From Octopus sinensis (taxonomy: Eukaryota): a stretch of 64,000 bases of DNA. The translations under genes and the position numbers were made by a program. The notes below the pieces were generated by a model. The model worked only from the letters and a program-made list of their open reading frames with translations. It was not told where the DNA came from and did no database searches. Position 1 is the first letter of the stretch. Each line of letters starts with the position of its first letter. This document shows positions 49,112 to 61,498 of the stretch, one piece after another. The DNA lies in the NCBI RefSeq assembly GCF_006345805.1, contig NC_042999.1, positions 130,510,001-130,574,000 of the forward strand, in the 5' to 3' direction.

Positions 49112-50247
49112 GTGTGTGAATGCTTGTACTTGTGTGTAGTGTTTGCATGCTTGTACTTGTGTGTGTGTTTGTGTCTCTCTGATGTCATGCAATAGTTATA
49201 AATGAGCGTCAATGTCCTACAAGTAGTATCTTTTGTTTCCTGACTTCCATGGAAATATGCCCAGCCATGGGAGAAATGTAACTTTGCTTAGAAACAGGTG
49301 AGGGTTGGCAACATGAAGGAAATCCAGCAGCAGAAAATCTGCTTCAATGAATTCCATCCAAGATATGCAAGCATGAGAAAATGGATCCTAAAATGACGAT
49401 AATGATGAGCTTCTTTCAGTTTCTGTCTACTAAAATCTACAAGGCTTCGGTTGACTAAAGGCTTTAGCAAAAGACACTTGCCCCAGTGGGGGACTGAACC
49501 TTAAATCACATAATCAAGAAATCAAATTATTTAACCACACAGCCATATACATATACACAATAATACCTTGCACAGTGCTGATTCAATATAGAGCTCTCCT
49601 TCTTGGAGACAGTATATTCAGTGGGATACCATTGTATTGTGTTCTTGAACAAAACACTTCATCTCACACTGTTCTGTGATCACTTCAACACCTGGTGTGT
49701 GGTACACTGTACACCTGTTCAAACAATGTTGATTTGAAGGTGAGAGTGAGTTAATGTGTGGCACAGACATTTGATTACTATAAACAAATCATTTGTGCAT
49801 GTCATTTGGCAAAAGCTGAACACTAATATGTCATCTTCAACAGGAGAGTCCATCATATAATATATATATATATCTATATATATGCATATAAGAGCTTGTG
49901 AGGCTGTGTTTGCTTCCTAACCACATGGTTTCCGGTTTAGTTCCACTGCATAACATCTTAATCTTCCACTATAACTCAAGGCCAACCAAAGCATTGCGAG
50001 TGTACCTAAATAACATATTCTTATGCAGGGAATTGAACCCAGGCTGCCTGGGTTCACAGGCACACATACCTTATTAAAGAGGTAGGTCTTAATTTATGGC
50101 ATGTTGTAAGTGCTTCAATATTACAATAAATGAATACAGAGCCAATTGGTACAGAGGATGCATCAAATGGTGGATAAGTTTGTAAATGGATGAAATCCAA
50201 TAAAGGCAATATACTATATTTTCTTCCTATACACCTTATATATATAT

Positions 50248-52029
50248 GCGCTAAATGAGGATGCAAAGAGAGAGGTTTGGAGAAGCCACTATGAAAGGTT
50301 GCTGAATGAGGAAAATGAATGGGATAAAGAGAGTCTGCCGAATGTTGACCCAACAGAGGGACCAGCAATCCGAGTTGACAGTTCCTTAGTAGATAAGGCA
50401 ATTAAAAGCATGAAAACAGGGAAAGCCCCAGGCCCATCAGGAATTACTGCAGAGATGCTCAAAATATCTGGTAGTGTCGGCTATAGCCTAGTCACCCGTA
50501 TAGTTAACCAGGTGATACACGAAGGAGTCATTCCCAATGACTGGTGTAGCAGCATAATAGTCAGCTGCTACAAAGGTAAAGGTGACGCCCTAGATACAAA
50601 TAACTACAGGGGTATCAAGCTGCTGGATCAGGTAATGAAGGTTACGGAGAGGGTTATAGCCCAACTAATTAGAGAGAGAGTTAGCCTAGATCAGATGCAG
50701 TTTGGGTTCGTGCCAGGGAAAAGTACTACTGATGCTATTTTCATGGTAAGACAGCTGCAAGAGAAATACCTAGCCAAAGACAAGCCCCTATACCTGGCTT
50801 TTGTTGATATGGAGAAAGCCTTCGACAGGGTCCCCCGATCCCTCATCTGGTGGTCAATGAGGAAACTAGGGATAGATGAATGGTTAGTGAAAGCTGTACA
50901 AGCCATGTACAGAGACGCTGCTAGTAAGGTGAGGGTTGGCACCGAGTACAGTGAAGAATTCAGGGTAGAGGTTGGGGTCCACCAAGGTTCAGTCCTCAGT
51001 CCCCTCCTATTTATCATAGTCCTCCAGGCAATAACGGAGGAATTCAAGACAGGATGCCCCTGGGAGCTCCTCTATGCTGATGACCTTGCTCTAATTGCTG
51101 AGTCTCTATCAGAACTAGAGGAGAAGTTTCAGGTATGGAAACAAGGTTTAGAATCGAAGGGCCTTAGAATCAACCTAGCCAAAACCAAAGTCCTAATAAG
51201 TAGGAAGGTAGACCAATCACAAACGCCTTCAGGTAGATGGCCCTGCTCGATCTGTAGAAAAGGTGTAGGTAGAAACTCTATAAGATGCACCAAGTGTAAG
51301 CTATGGACACATAAGAGGTGCAGCAATGTCAAAGGAAGGCTAACTAGGAAGATTGTTTTTGTATGTGGCAGATGCTCAGGAACAATTAACACTGAAAATG
51401 CTCTGAGACCAACTTCCGTCACTTTCCAGGGAGAAAAGCTAGAAGTAGTTGATAGTTTCCGTTACCTAGGTGACCAAGTCAGTAGCGGGGGCGGGTGCGC
51501 TGAAAGTATAACTGCTAGAGTAAGAATAGCCTGGGCAAAGTTTAGAGAGCTCTTACCCCTGCTGGTGACAAAAGGCCTCTCGCTCAAAGTAAAAGGCAGA
51601 CTGTATGATGCATGTGTACGTACAGCCATGCTACATGGTAGTGAAACTTGGGCTGTGACTGCTGAGGATTTGCGTAAGCTCGCAAGAAATGAAGCTAGTA
51701 TGCTCCGATGGATGTGTAACGTCAGTGTTCATAATCGACAGAGTGTAAGTACCTTGAGAGAAAAGTTGAACCTAAGAAGCATCAGTTGTTGTGTGCAAGA
51801 GAGACGTATGCGCTGGTATGGTCATGTGATGAGATTGGCTGAAGATAGTTGTGTGCGAAAGTGCCACACCCTGGCAGTTGAGGGGACCTGTGGAAGAGGT
51901 AGACCCAGGAAAACCTGGGTCGAGGCGGTGAAGCACGACCTTCGAACTTTAGGTCTCACCAAGGAAATGACCAGTGACCGAGACCTTTGGAAGTATGCTG
52001 TGCGTGAGAAAACCCGGCAAGACCAGTGA
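50248..52029 (+). CDS. RTE reverse transcriptase ORF (no endonuclease or true start; 5' truncated) with C4HC3 PHD-like finger
   Basis: KGKGDALDTNNYRGIKLL, QFGFVPGKSTTDAIF, FVDMEKAFD, GVHQGSVLSPLLF, LLYADDL, FRYLG; stop-free from 50248. Confidence 0.92.
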   Translation, partial: ALNEDAKREVWRSHYERLLNEENEWDKESLPNVDPTEGPAIRVDSSLVDKAIKSMKTGKAPGPSGITAEMLKISGSVGYSLVTRIVNQVIHEGVIPNDWCSSIIVSCYKGKGDALDTNNYRGIKLLDQVMKVTERVIAQLIRERVSLDQMQFGFVPGKSTTDAIFMVRQLQEKYLAKDKPLYLAFVDMEKAFDRVPRSLIWWSMRKLGIDEWLVKAVQAMYRDAASKVRVGTEYSEEFRVEVGVHQGSVLSPLLFIIVLQAITEEFKTGCPWELLYADDLALIAESLSELEEKFQVWKQGLESKGLRINLAKTKVLISRKVDQSQTPSGRWPCSICRKGVGRNSIRCTKCKLWTHKRCSNVKGRLTRKIVFVCGRCSGTINTENALRPTSVTFQGEKLEVVDSFRYLGDQVSSGGGCAESITARVRIAWAKFRELLPLLVTKGLSLKVKGRLYDACVRTAMLHGSETWAVTAEDLRKLARNEASMLRWMCNVSVHNRQSVSTLREKLNLRSISCCVQERRMRWYGHVMRLAEDSCVRKCHTLAVEGTCGRGRPRKTWVEAVKHDLRTLGLTKEMTSDRDLWKYAVREKTRQDQ

Positions 52030-52079
52030 GAACAGTCAAAATCAAAATCAAACCAAATTGAGGTCGATCAACATCAGGG

Positions 52080-52540
52080 CCCCCGTGCAGGTGACACATA
52101 AAAGCACCATCCATTCGTAGCCGTTTGCCAGCCCTGTCTGGCCCCCGTGTCGGTGGCACGTAAAAGCACCAGCCGTTTGTGTTCGTTGCCAGCCTAGCCT
52201 GGGCCCCGTGCCGGTGACACGTAAAAGCACCATCCGTTTGTGGTCGTTTGCCTGCTCTGTCTGGCCCCCGTGCCGGTGACACGTAAAAGCACCATCCGTT
52301 CGTGGCCGTTTGCCAGCCCTGTCTGGCCCCCGTGCCGGTGACACGTAAAAGCACCATCCGTTTCATGGCCGTTTGCCAGCTCTGTCTGGCCCCCGTGTTG
52401 GTGGCACGTAAAAGCACCATCCGTTCGTGTCCGTTGCCAGCCTCGCCTGGCCCCGTGCCGGTGACACGTAAAAGCACCATCCGTTCGTGGCCGTTTGCCA
52501 GCTGTCTGGCACCTGCGCGGGTGGCACGTAAAAAGCACCC
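52080..52540 (+). repeat. Tandem array of 8 ~60-63-bp units in the RTE 3' UTR
   Basis: AAAAGCACC recurs at ~52100, 52162, 52223, 52285, 52347, 52410, 52470, 52531. Confidence 0.9.
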
Positions 52541-53422
52541 ACTACACTCACGGAGTGGTTGGCGTTAGGAAGGGCATCCAGCCGTAGAAACACTGCCAGA
52601 TCTGACTGGGCCTGATGAAGCCTTCCAGCTTCACAGACCCCAGTTGAACCGTCCAACCCATGCTAGCATGGAGAACGGACGCTAAATGATGATGATGATA
52701 TATATATATAAAATCAGTTTGGATAATTATCTGAATTCAGTAATGCTTGATGATTTCCTATTCTTAGCAATTGAACATTTTCTCCATTACAATTTACATC
52801 ATATAAAGTGAGGGGGAAGAGTGAGAGTTTTGTGTGTTAGCACTAAGTGTCAATACATGAAATTCTTGGCCCTTGAGTTACTCAGTTGGTCCTGCTAAAA
52901 ATATGTATATATATATACATACACACACACAGAAAAAGAAGGGATGTGTGTGTGTGTGAACTTCCATAACAAAATCAACATGAAGAATAATTTTGTTTTC
53001 AGCTTTTTTTAATTTTTGAATATTGTTTCATTTGATATATTTTAAGGCAATAAATATATTTTTCTTTTGAAAATTTGCATTCATTTCATCATTTTGTATA
53101 AGTAGTACCAAGAAATGTGATAAAAATCAAATTATAATTATTGTATGTATACCAAATTTCCTGATATTACCCATGGTGGCAAAAGTAATTTTCCAAAGTT
53201 ACTCGTCATATGACTGTAAAACTCTAGTGGCTTAATAAGTAGCAAATATGAATGTATGGATTTATGCTGTTGCTTTTTTTAATATTTTGTTTGATGGACA
53301 TTTTTACAATGTTAAGTGCCAGATTAATATAGGTAATATATAGGATAGATTTATATACTTTTTAAACATCAGATAAGGAACAAAAGAAACTCAGCATTAG
53401 ACAAAAGTTGCTTAATACTCAC

Positions 53423-53442
53423 CCTTAACTGAAACAATGTCT
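53423..53442 (-). CDS. CHMP1A: CHMP1A exon 2, 20-nt micro-exon ((E)TLFQLR)
   Basis: ctatgttctattttacag|AGACATTGTTTCAGTTAAGG|gtgagt; supplies the conserved TLFQL(K/R) and restores frame between exons 1 and 3. Confidence 0.9.
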
Positions 53443-56400
53443 CTGTAAAATAGAACATAGAATATTAGGATAATTAAGAGGAAAATCAGGTAGTAATATT
53501 ATCAAGCAAGTAACATCTTATATCAATATATGATACTAATAGAAACTAATAACAATAATATTTATTCATTATCAATATTATAACAAGGATATTAATTTGT
53601 AAAATAAAGTAGATTTCTTACAATATTCTGACATAATATATGTATAAGCAATATATTTTAAATACTAAGGGATGAATAATTTTCACTTCTGTTTTCAGTA
53701 ATTAATCACAAAGCCTTGCATAGCTTCAAAGTTCAAGTAAGACATACACTCAAATACTGCAGCCACTATGCATCCAAAAGACCATTCAACTATTCACCAG
53801 AGATATGATTACCGACACACAACAACAACTGTCTCAAAGTTCTACTACTACTACAATGACCTCTATTCATCTGAACCGGCAAACTGCATACCCTCATCCA
53901 TCAGCTTTACTGCCTTCTCAGATATTGCATAAAAAACTTTGCCCAGTGTTTTCTATCTCAGAACTGTAACCTCTGACATCCACCCTGTCCATGTTTTCTT
54001 CAAGATACAACAAACAGCAAATGCTGAAACTGAACATTAACCACATCAGTCTCAGTGATTTGCTCCTTCTTTTTCTCCTCTGACATTAGTCAGAAATAAC
54101 AGAAGGAAGATACAATTCAATGGAGAACCAACATTTGAAATACTGGTGAGTGTAAGTTTGCCTGTCATGCAGAGAGGTTTTGTTTGGATGATTTCAAGTA
54201 AAAGGTGCATCAGCAAACACTTTACTAAATCTTACCCTTTACCCTTTGTAAAGGAAATCAGTCATTCAAGTCTGAAATGTATATGGCTACATGAAGACTA
54301 TTGAGTTCCTGTAAGCAATTATCATAGACTGCACTGGTAAATACAAGTAATGGATAAGGAGAATGACACCTACGTGAAGAAATGTCAAGTAATTTAAATG
54401 TAAGGAGTTTATGGAAAACAAAGACTAAGAAAGATGAAGGAAGAAGTAGGGAAGGCTGATCACAGGATTCTGGACTTCACAAAGGTGATGAAAAGAGACT
54501 GCAAGAAGTGGCATAATGTTGTGCTAGAGCAGACTTATCCAATCTATGCCACTATAAAAAAACCCAGAAAATTATGACAATGATATTAAAGCTAGCTTTT
54601 GTAGGAAGTAAAATAATTTAAATAGAAAATTGTTTGTTTAAAATGGGTATAATGTAATACCTTTGTTTCCATGAGTACTATTGACATTTTACTCGTGTAT
54701 TTTAGTACTGACTCATGGATTTCTATTTATAGGCTAAAACACAAAATATATGCTGAAAATTGGAAGTGACAATGCATAGGTCATTAATGTATAGAAGGAT
54801 GGACTACAAAGAAACATCTAAGTCTTGAATTAGACATGGATTAAATGGAGAGGGACAGAAAGAACCTTAATACATGTTATAGTAAAGTGGTCTGTGAGGA
54901 ACTTCTAGTACATATAGCTAGTGATAGAAAAACATACATTGCTGGGTATATCACAGTTTTTAGAACAAACATACAATATCCCTCCATGTCATAAGGGGTA
55001 ACTAGTAAAGTGGATATCAGGAAGGGCACCCAACCATAAAACACTGTATCAAAAAGTCCCATTCCAACCCTTGTCAAGATGGAAAAGTGATGCATGAATT
55101 CTCTCTCTCATATATATATATAAGTACATTATGTAGAATGTGCATCAAAGTCTGATACTGTATAATAGTGAGGGTCTGTATAGCAACCACTGTAAAAAAA
55201 CAAATTGAATAAACTCCATTTAAAGTATAACATAAAAGTTAAGTAAACTATCAATACCTGTAATGTTGAGTCAACATCACAGGTATTGATACAGGAATGG
55301 AGCAAAAAATAAAAGACTGGTGTAGATATATAATGCAAATGAATGAATAATCTGTTTAAAATAATGAAAAATGACAGTAAAAAGCACATGAGATAGTGGT
55401 TGGCTAAGAAAAACTTGGAATCAAGAAGTTACACCAGGTTTTATAATTTTAGGTATCTAATGAGATTGTACAGGATTAATTACACATTGAGAAGTACAAC
55501 ATTGTAGACTAATTTAAATTATGCAATGGGTTAACAGTAACATAATGATGATGATGATGAAAAACAAACTTATAAATATTTTTTTAATTTAATGATAGCA
55601 TTTGCATTAAAAAAATTGGACTATATCCCTAATGCTGAAATCGCCACCACCAAAATATAATCAGACCAAATCAATAAAATATAACAAAAGAAACATGTAA
55701 TCACATTTTTAATTTGTGATTAGGAACGACATTAATTCAGAAGCCATTTTAAATTACTAATCAAACAAATTATTTAGCTACATACACATTCACACAAAAA
55801 CAAAAAAAGTACAGAACAGACAACACCTGTAGGTGTTAAAATAACAATGAGCTAACTCTCTGTATAAGTAGTTACAATGTTACAGTATGGATTACTTCAT
55901 ATTTTAACTGCTTGATCCACAGTGTGAACATCTGATGGATTTTTTATGAATTAGCAAGGAGAAGCGGAAGTAATCATAACATTTACAACCTTTCTAGTTT
56001 ATGAGGAACTAGTCATGTATAAAATTGAAATGGTTTTTTCTTGGATTCTCAACCAGGAACTGAAACCGCCTCCTGAATGTTTCTGTAAATTTGGTCTCCT
56101 TTGTTTTGAACCCGGAAATTTATGATAGTCAGCTGTCAGCTTCTTGACCATTTCACGTTCTTTAAAGCCTATTTAATATTTATCAGCATGGTAATTATTC
56201 AGTTTAGGGATACTAAAAAAGTAAATAAAAACTAAGGGGCAGATAATTAGTAAAAAAGACAAGTCAACTTCAATACTAAAGTAAGGTAACATGGCGAATT
56301 AATATTTTTGAACGTATATAAATTGATAATTTGTCAACGCCATGCCAACCACTGAAGAATGTTGTCTTGTGATTCAGCTAATTGGATGATATTCCAAGAT

Positions 56401-56513
56401 TCCTCCAAGACTGATTCACGGTTGAAAATTTCAATTTCAGGAACAATGAATTGCAGTCCCCCTGGTCTTCCAGGTGCCATTCTGATCAATTCCAAAGTAA
56501 ATAACATACAATA

Positions 56514-57057
56514 CTAGCAGTATAACCCAGCTTTGCCCAAGATTAAGTTAGGATTATTAAGCTAATCAAGTTCTTTATTTCAAACCAGACTAAGTAACAT
56601 CAACATAAAAGTTGGGCAAAATCCATCGAAACTGGTTTATATATATATATGGGCAACTCACCCATGTACGTACACCTATTGCATACATGTTTTTTGTACA
56701 CATACATGTTCATGTGTGTGTGTATGTGTGTTACCTGTATATCTACAAAACACTTTTTTGCTCGATGGAAAAAAAATAACAAAAGCCTTAACAAAAACTT
56801 ACTCGTCGCTAGAAGGGCATATAACTCCTGTTTGCAAACAATGGTGATTTCTCCGACTTGAAAATTGTTAAAAGTTTTGGTTGAAAATTATTTTTACTGC
56901 TATTCGCTGGTGCCTCTGGGGAAAATAAGTTGATGAAAATACAGCTAGGATTATGACGAATGTCCTCCTAAAATTGGAGCGACATGCGTGCTAATTTGTG
57001 GACGTGCATAAATTACATTCACGTACACACACACATCCTGCCTTTTATATATACAGA
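56514..57057 (-). mobile_element. Non-autonomous Helitron-like element in CHMP1A intron 1
   Basis: Minus strand starts A|TCTGTATATATAAAAG and ends TTGGGCAAAGCTGGGTTATACTGCTAG|T (decayed hairpin plus CTAG). Confidence 0.6.
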
Positions 57058-58591
57058 TTTATGTTGACTTACTTTTCTAATATCCCTAAACCGAACAATT
57101 ACCGAAAGCCGAGGTTGACTTTGCCTTTCATCCTTTCGGGGTCTATAAATTAAGTACCAGTTATGCACTGGGGTCGATGTAATCGACTTAATCCCTTTGT
57201 CTGTCCTTGTTTGTCCCCTCTATGTTTGGCTCCTTGTGGGCAATAAAGAAATAAGAAACTAACATTTCATAATATACTCGTTCTTAGCAGGTAGCCATCC
57301 AATTCGGCTATCTTTGTCAAGTCTAATAGTAAGACACTTGTTGTTTATATTATTCAGTCAGTTCTGAGATACTACTTAGTAGGAATTGCTGTAAAGGTAA
57401 ACTGGCCTGTAAGAATTTGTTTACAAAACCAATTGCTGTTAAGTTCTCTCAGCATATAATTCAAGTAGACAAGTGCAATTAAATAACATTTTTAAAAACA
57501 ACTGTAGGTTTCTATTATTTAAATTAAACAGAATTATTAAATTTAGAGCTTACAGAGATTGGTAAAAACTCAAGGATCGCACGAAAATGATAACATGACG
57601 ATTGGCATTTTTTGTTTTTATTTTTTTAAGTTTCATATCATTTTACACATAATTTAAACAGAGTACATCTTGTATGAAAACTCGCTGTAAGACATGTATG
57701 TATAATGATATACTTGAAAAGAGTTAAACAGTACAGCTATATATAATACAAATAAATATACTGAGTCACTTCCCTATGTATTTATATTTTGATTCACTGA
57801 GAAATTATGCTCTCCAAGGACCTTTTAATGAGTTTATGTTAAGAATCAAGCTAAGAGGTTTGGTTATTATTTAATAATTCCCTAGTGTTCGTTCAGCTTC
57901 CTTTCGTAATTTTCAGTGAGTAGTAAATATATATGGATACGACTCCGTATATTTATTCATAATGAACACTGTACTGGCACTCTAGTAGTTATATAAAAGA
58001 TATGTAAGTTATACATATATTATACACGGGTGGAGGTAAAGGACATGGACCATATATCTACATCAAAATCAAATTGTCTTCAATGACCAACGTTATAGTA
58101 TAAACAAAAGGTTTTTAAAATACCATTCTACGGAGTATATACTTAGCTCCTTAACAAACACTAGTTAACCATTCATTATTTGTATTGTAAGCTCTAAAAA
58201 TGATTTCCTTAACTATTACACATCTTCAACTATAAATGTTAACATATATAATCGGAGAAAGATGAAAGAATTATTTTCTGTAACAACTCGCAGTTGGTAT
58301 CGCTAATTCAAATTCCGAACTCAAATGTTAAAGTTAAATGAAGTAATTAAATGCAGTTGAAATATGTAACTGGGTAATCACAAATTACAACTAAAGACGT
58401 AAGGTTTATGCAACTGTCATTACAATTTCTTTTAGTCAGATCACATTTATGCGAAAACAGAATTTGGCAGTTTATAGCCAACACCCAGATGGTCAAATGA
58501 GCACCTTAAACACACTGCAATTGGAATAATTGGAGTTATTACCTATTACAAAGGCAATATCAATAGAAATAGAATTAATTTATATTCTTAC

Positions 58592-58607
58592 CTTCCACCT
58601 TTGACAT
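58592..58607 (-). CDS. CHMP1A: CHMP1A exon 1 coding part (MSKVE)
   Basis: accATGTCAAAGGTGGAAG|gtaaga; phase 1 fits the micro-exon; summed CDS 606 nt = 201 aa plus stop. Confidence 0.85.
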
Positions 58608-58694
58608 GGTGATAAGTTTGAAAGTAAATCAAGAAAAATACAAACAAAATTCAGTAAAAGAATATCTGAGTAACGAAATGATAAATTGAAACTA

Positions 58695-58755
58695 TAACAG
58701 GAAGTTTTGAAATCAACTTCCGTTTGATAATCTTCTTGTCTGTTATCGATAATAG
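58695..58755 (-). promoter_or_regulatory. Candidate CHMP1A core promoter: two ETS-type motifs and a DRE-like palindrome
   Basis: CAGGAAGT 58698-58705, ACTTCCG 58716-58722 and TATCGATA 58744-58751, about 90-145 nt upstream of the ATG. Confidence 0.5.
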
Positions 58756-59044
58756 TTATATGATAGCTAACTCATTATAAAAATAATTTATATCCTTTTA
58801 CTTTTAAGATAATTTTATTTTTAGATGTCACCCTTGTCTTCGATGGAAATTAGTTTCAAGTTTTTGTACTAAAAAAAATATAATTATTTAGAATCACCTC
58901 CTATCGAATTACTTAAATTCATCATTGCTCATATGAATTATTTCCCTTAATTTACATATTTTTTGCAATTATGCAAATTATGGTGTCCAAAACGCTTCAT
59001 GAGGCCCAGTAGAATTAAAACATGATAACAACTGTCTAGGTGTA

Positions 59045-59385
59045 TCCTAGTTGCTGCAGTAAATGGGGAAGGTCATTGCTTCCGTAGCCAAACAGAACAA
59101 AATCCTAAAATATCGGGACTTGTCGGTATTCCACCCTGTGACATTTGAGATGTCTGGAGGAGCTGGACATTGGAGTACTTGTCATTAGATGCTCGCCATA
59201 CCGAGGTGACAGGCGATGCCTATGAGGGTGCTTGGGTTTAGGGTTCCAACACCTTAACCTTACCATCACCTGCAATAAGGCTGCGAGTGTGTTGGCTTAC
59301 TTCAATAAGTTTCAATGGCCCTTATGGTGTGCAACCACTTGATGCACTTAGCGTTGGTGTTTTTTCTTTTTTCCTTTCTTTGCTC
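59045..59385 (+). mobile_element. CRE-clade 3' fragment, homologous to 31945-32495
   Basis: AKQNKILKYRDLSVFHPVTFEMSGGAG...VTGDAYEGAW...FQHLNLTITCNKAASVLA; nucleotide similarity to the 32-kb copy extends into the 3' UTR (GGTGTGCAACCA). Confidence 0.75.
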
Positions 59386-59571
59386 ATGACTAAATTTTCT
59401 CCTGTTTTGAATTTATATTTTAATGTGGAATATTTATGTAATTAACCCTTCTTGGGCCAGCAGGGTCCCTTGGGAACCCAGCAAATTAAAAAAAGTTATG
59501 TAACTTTTACATTTTTTATTGAAATGAATTTATATCTCATGACTTTTATTGTCAATAATTTATGTATGCAC

Positions 59572-59842
59572 CATGGCCGTTGCCAGCGCTGCCCCGACTG
59601 GCTTCCATGCCGGTGGTATGTGAAAAGCACCATCCGATCGTGGCTGTTTGCCAGCCTTGTCTGGCATGTAAAAAGCACCCACTACACTCACGGAGTGGTT
59701 GGCGTTAGGAAGGGCATCCAGCCGTAGAAACATTTCCAGATCAGACTGGGCCTGGTGCAGCCTTCTGGCTTCCCAGACCCCAGTTGAACCGTCCAACCCA
59801 TGCTAGCATGGAAAGCGGACGCTAAACAATGATGATGATGAT
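59572..59842 (+). mobile_element. RTE 3' UTR-only insertion with (GAT)n tail
   Basis: Matches 52530-52699. Confidence 0.85.
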
Positions 59843-59934
59843 ACAAATTTTGAGTTAAAAATTTCCAGTCATATGGATGTTATAGCATAAGATATAATTG
59901 GGTACAACTGGACCTCATTGGCCTTCTGTGAAGG

Positions 59935-60442
59935 CAGTGTGTAAGAGAGGAAACTGATGTGGATAGGTGAGGACAATTGCATTAAAAAGTGTCGATCTCT
60001 TGAAGTGGAGGGAAGTTGTAAAAGAGGGAGACCCAGGAAGACATGGGACGAAATTCTGAAGGCCGTTCACAAAATGCTGAATCTTATGAAGGAGGTGACA
60101 AAGGACCGAGATATGTGCTGCATTGCTGTACTTCAGAAGACATATCCATCACAACAGAATTGAAATCCTAAAACTAAGGTTCCACGTAAAAAGTGTTGGT
60201 ATGGGTGCTGGTGCCACATAAAAAGCACTGGTGCTGGTGTCACTTACAAAACACCTGTGATGGTGCCATATAAAAAGCATCAAGTACACTCTGAGGAGTG
60301 ATTGGCATTAGAAAGAGCATCCAGCTGTAAAAAGGAAGCCAAAACAGATCATGGTGCAGCCCTTGGCCTTGCCGATTCCTGTCAAGCCATCCAACTCATA
60401 CCAGCATGGTAAATGGATGTTAAATGACGATGATGATGATGA
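59935..60442 (+). mobile_element. Older RTE 3' fragment
   Basis: EDNCIKKCRSLEVEGSCKRGRPRKTWDEILK, then a decayed 3' UTR and (GAT)n tail. Confidence 0.75.
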
Positions 60443-61440
60443 TACATCAGTTTAGTAAAACAAACAGGCTAAATAGAAGTCAAATATTCATTTAACGTGA
60501 TTCCCCACCCACCACTCAAAAATGAAAATTACAGAAGATTTTATGTAATGGAAAGTGTGTGCAAAATAAGTACCTTGGCATTTGGCATTCAGTTTGAAGG
60601 AGAGAAGAGTGAAAGTTTGCTCTAATCAGCTGGAAGTGTTTGAAGCCAATTAAGGCACCTTTTTTTCCAATCTGGTGACATGGTATGAAATGTAGAGTTA
60701 TTTTTATGACTTGAAAACGAAATCTTGTTTCATAGAAAATTGTTACACGTCTTCTCTAAAGCCTAAGAAATTTAAGAGCCAGCAATTGACATAGATTGTT
60801 TGGGAGGATGCTGGAACGTGGCTGTGCCATGAAGTGCTAGCAGTACATTGGGACACTCAAAAAGCATAGAGAAACTATTAGGAGGAAGAGATTGAACAAG
60901 AATCTGAAAGTGATCTACATTTGCTATGACAATGTGTGATTACATATATCTTTGGTAACAAATCAGGCAATCAGTGAATTAGGTTGATCACTGGCCCTAT
61001 CCCCTGTACAGTCTGGATCTGGTGCCCTCTCACTTACTCTCACTGTTCAGTCCAATGAAGGACAGCCTTCAGGAATAGCAATTTGGTGGCACAAAGAGAT
61101 GGAAGTGACAGTGAAGAAGTGGGTACAACCACATACACAGAATAATCACATGCACTCACACATACACACAAACACAGGTATATAAATATATATATATATG
61201 TATGTATATGTAATATATATACATATTAAGAAGATAAGAAAATAGAGAGATAATTAATAATTATTTGTTAATTATCTCTCTATTTTCTTATCTTCTTAAA
61301 ATATATATAAACCACGGTTTATCTAGTTACCTTGCAGTTGAATATTAATTGTAATATTCAACACTTTTGAAATAGATAACTGACCAGTATGTTCATTGGA
61401 TTTATTACCCCTTATTAAGGTTTGTAACCTTTATTTGAAC

Positions 61441-61444
<4 letters not shown>

Positions 61445-61498
<54 letters not shown>

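Larger units (their letters stand above)
50248..52699 (+). mobile_element. Young 5'-truncated RTE LINE, antisense in CHMP1A intron 2, flanked by (TA)n
   Basis: Open RT ORF, 3' UTR tandem array, (GAT)n tail at 52687-52699; TATATATATAT on both flanks. Confidence 0.93.

Noticed and set aside
50054-51422. Minus-strand ORFs 50054-50401, 50691-51047, 51129-51422
   Set aside because: Antisense shadows of the RTE RT ORF
52080-52540. CRISPR-like array
   Set aside because: Units are contiguous tandem repeats without unique spacers, inside a LINE 3' UTR of a eukaryote; no cas genes
51956-52656. Overlapping repetitive ORFs (also 25928-26594)
   Set aside because: By-products of the GC-rich RTE 3' UTR tandem array
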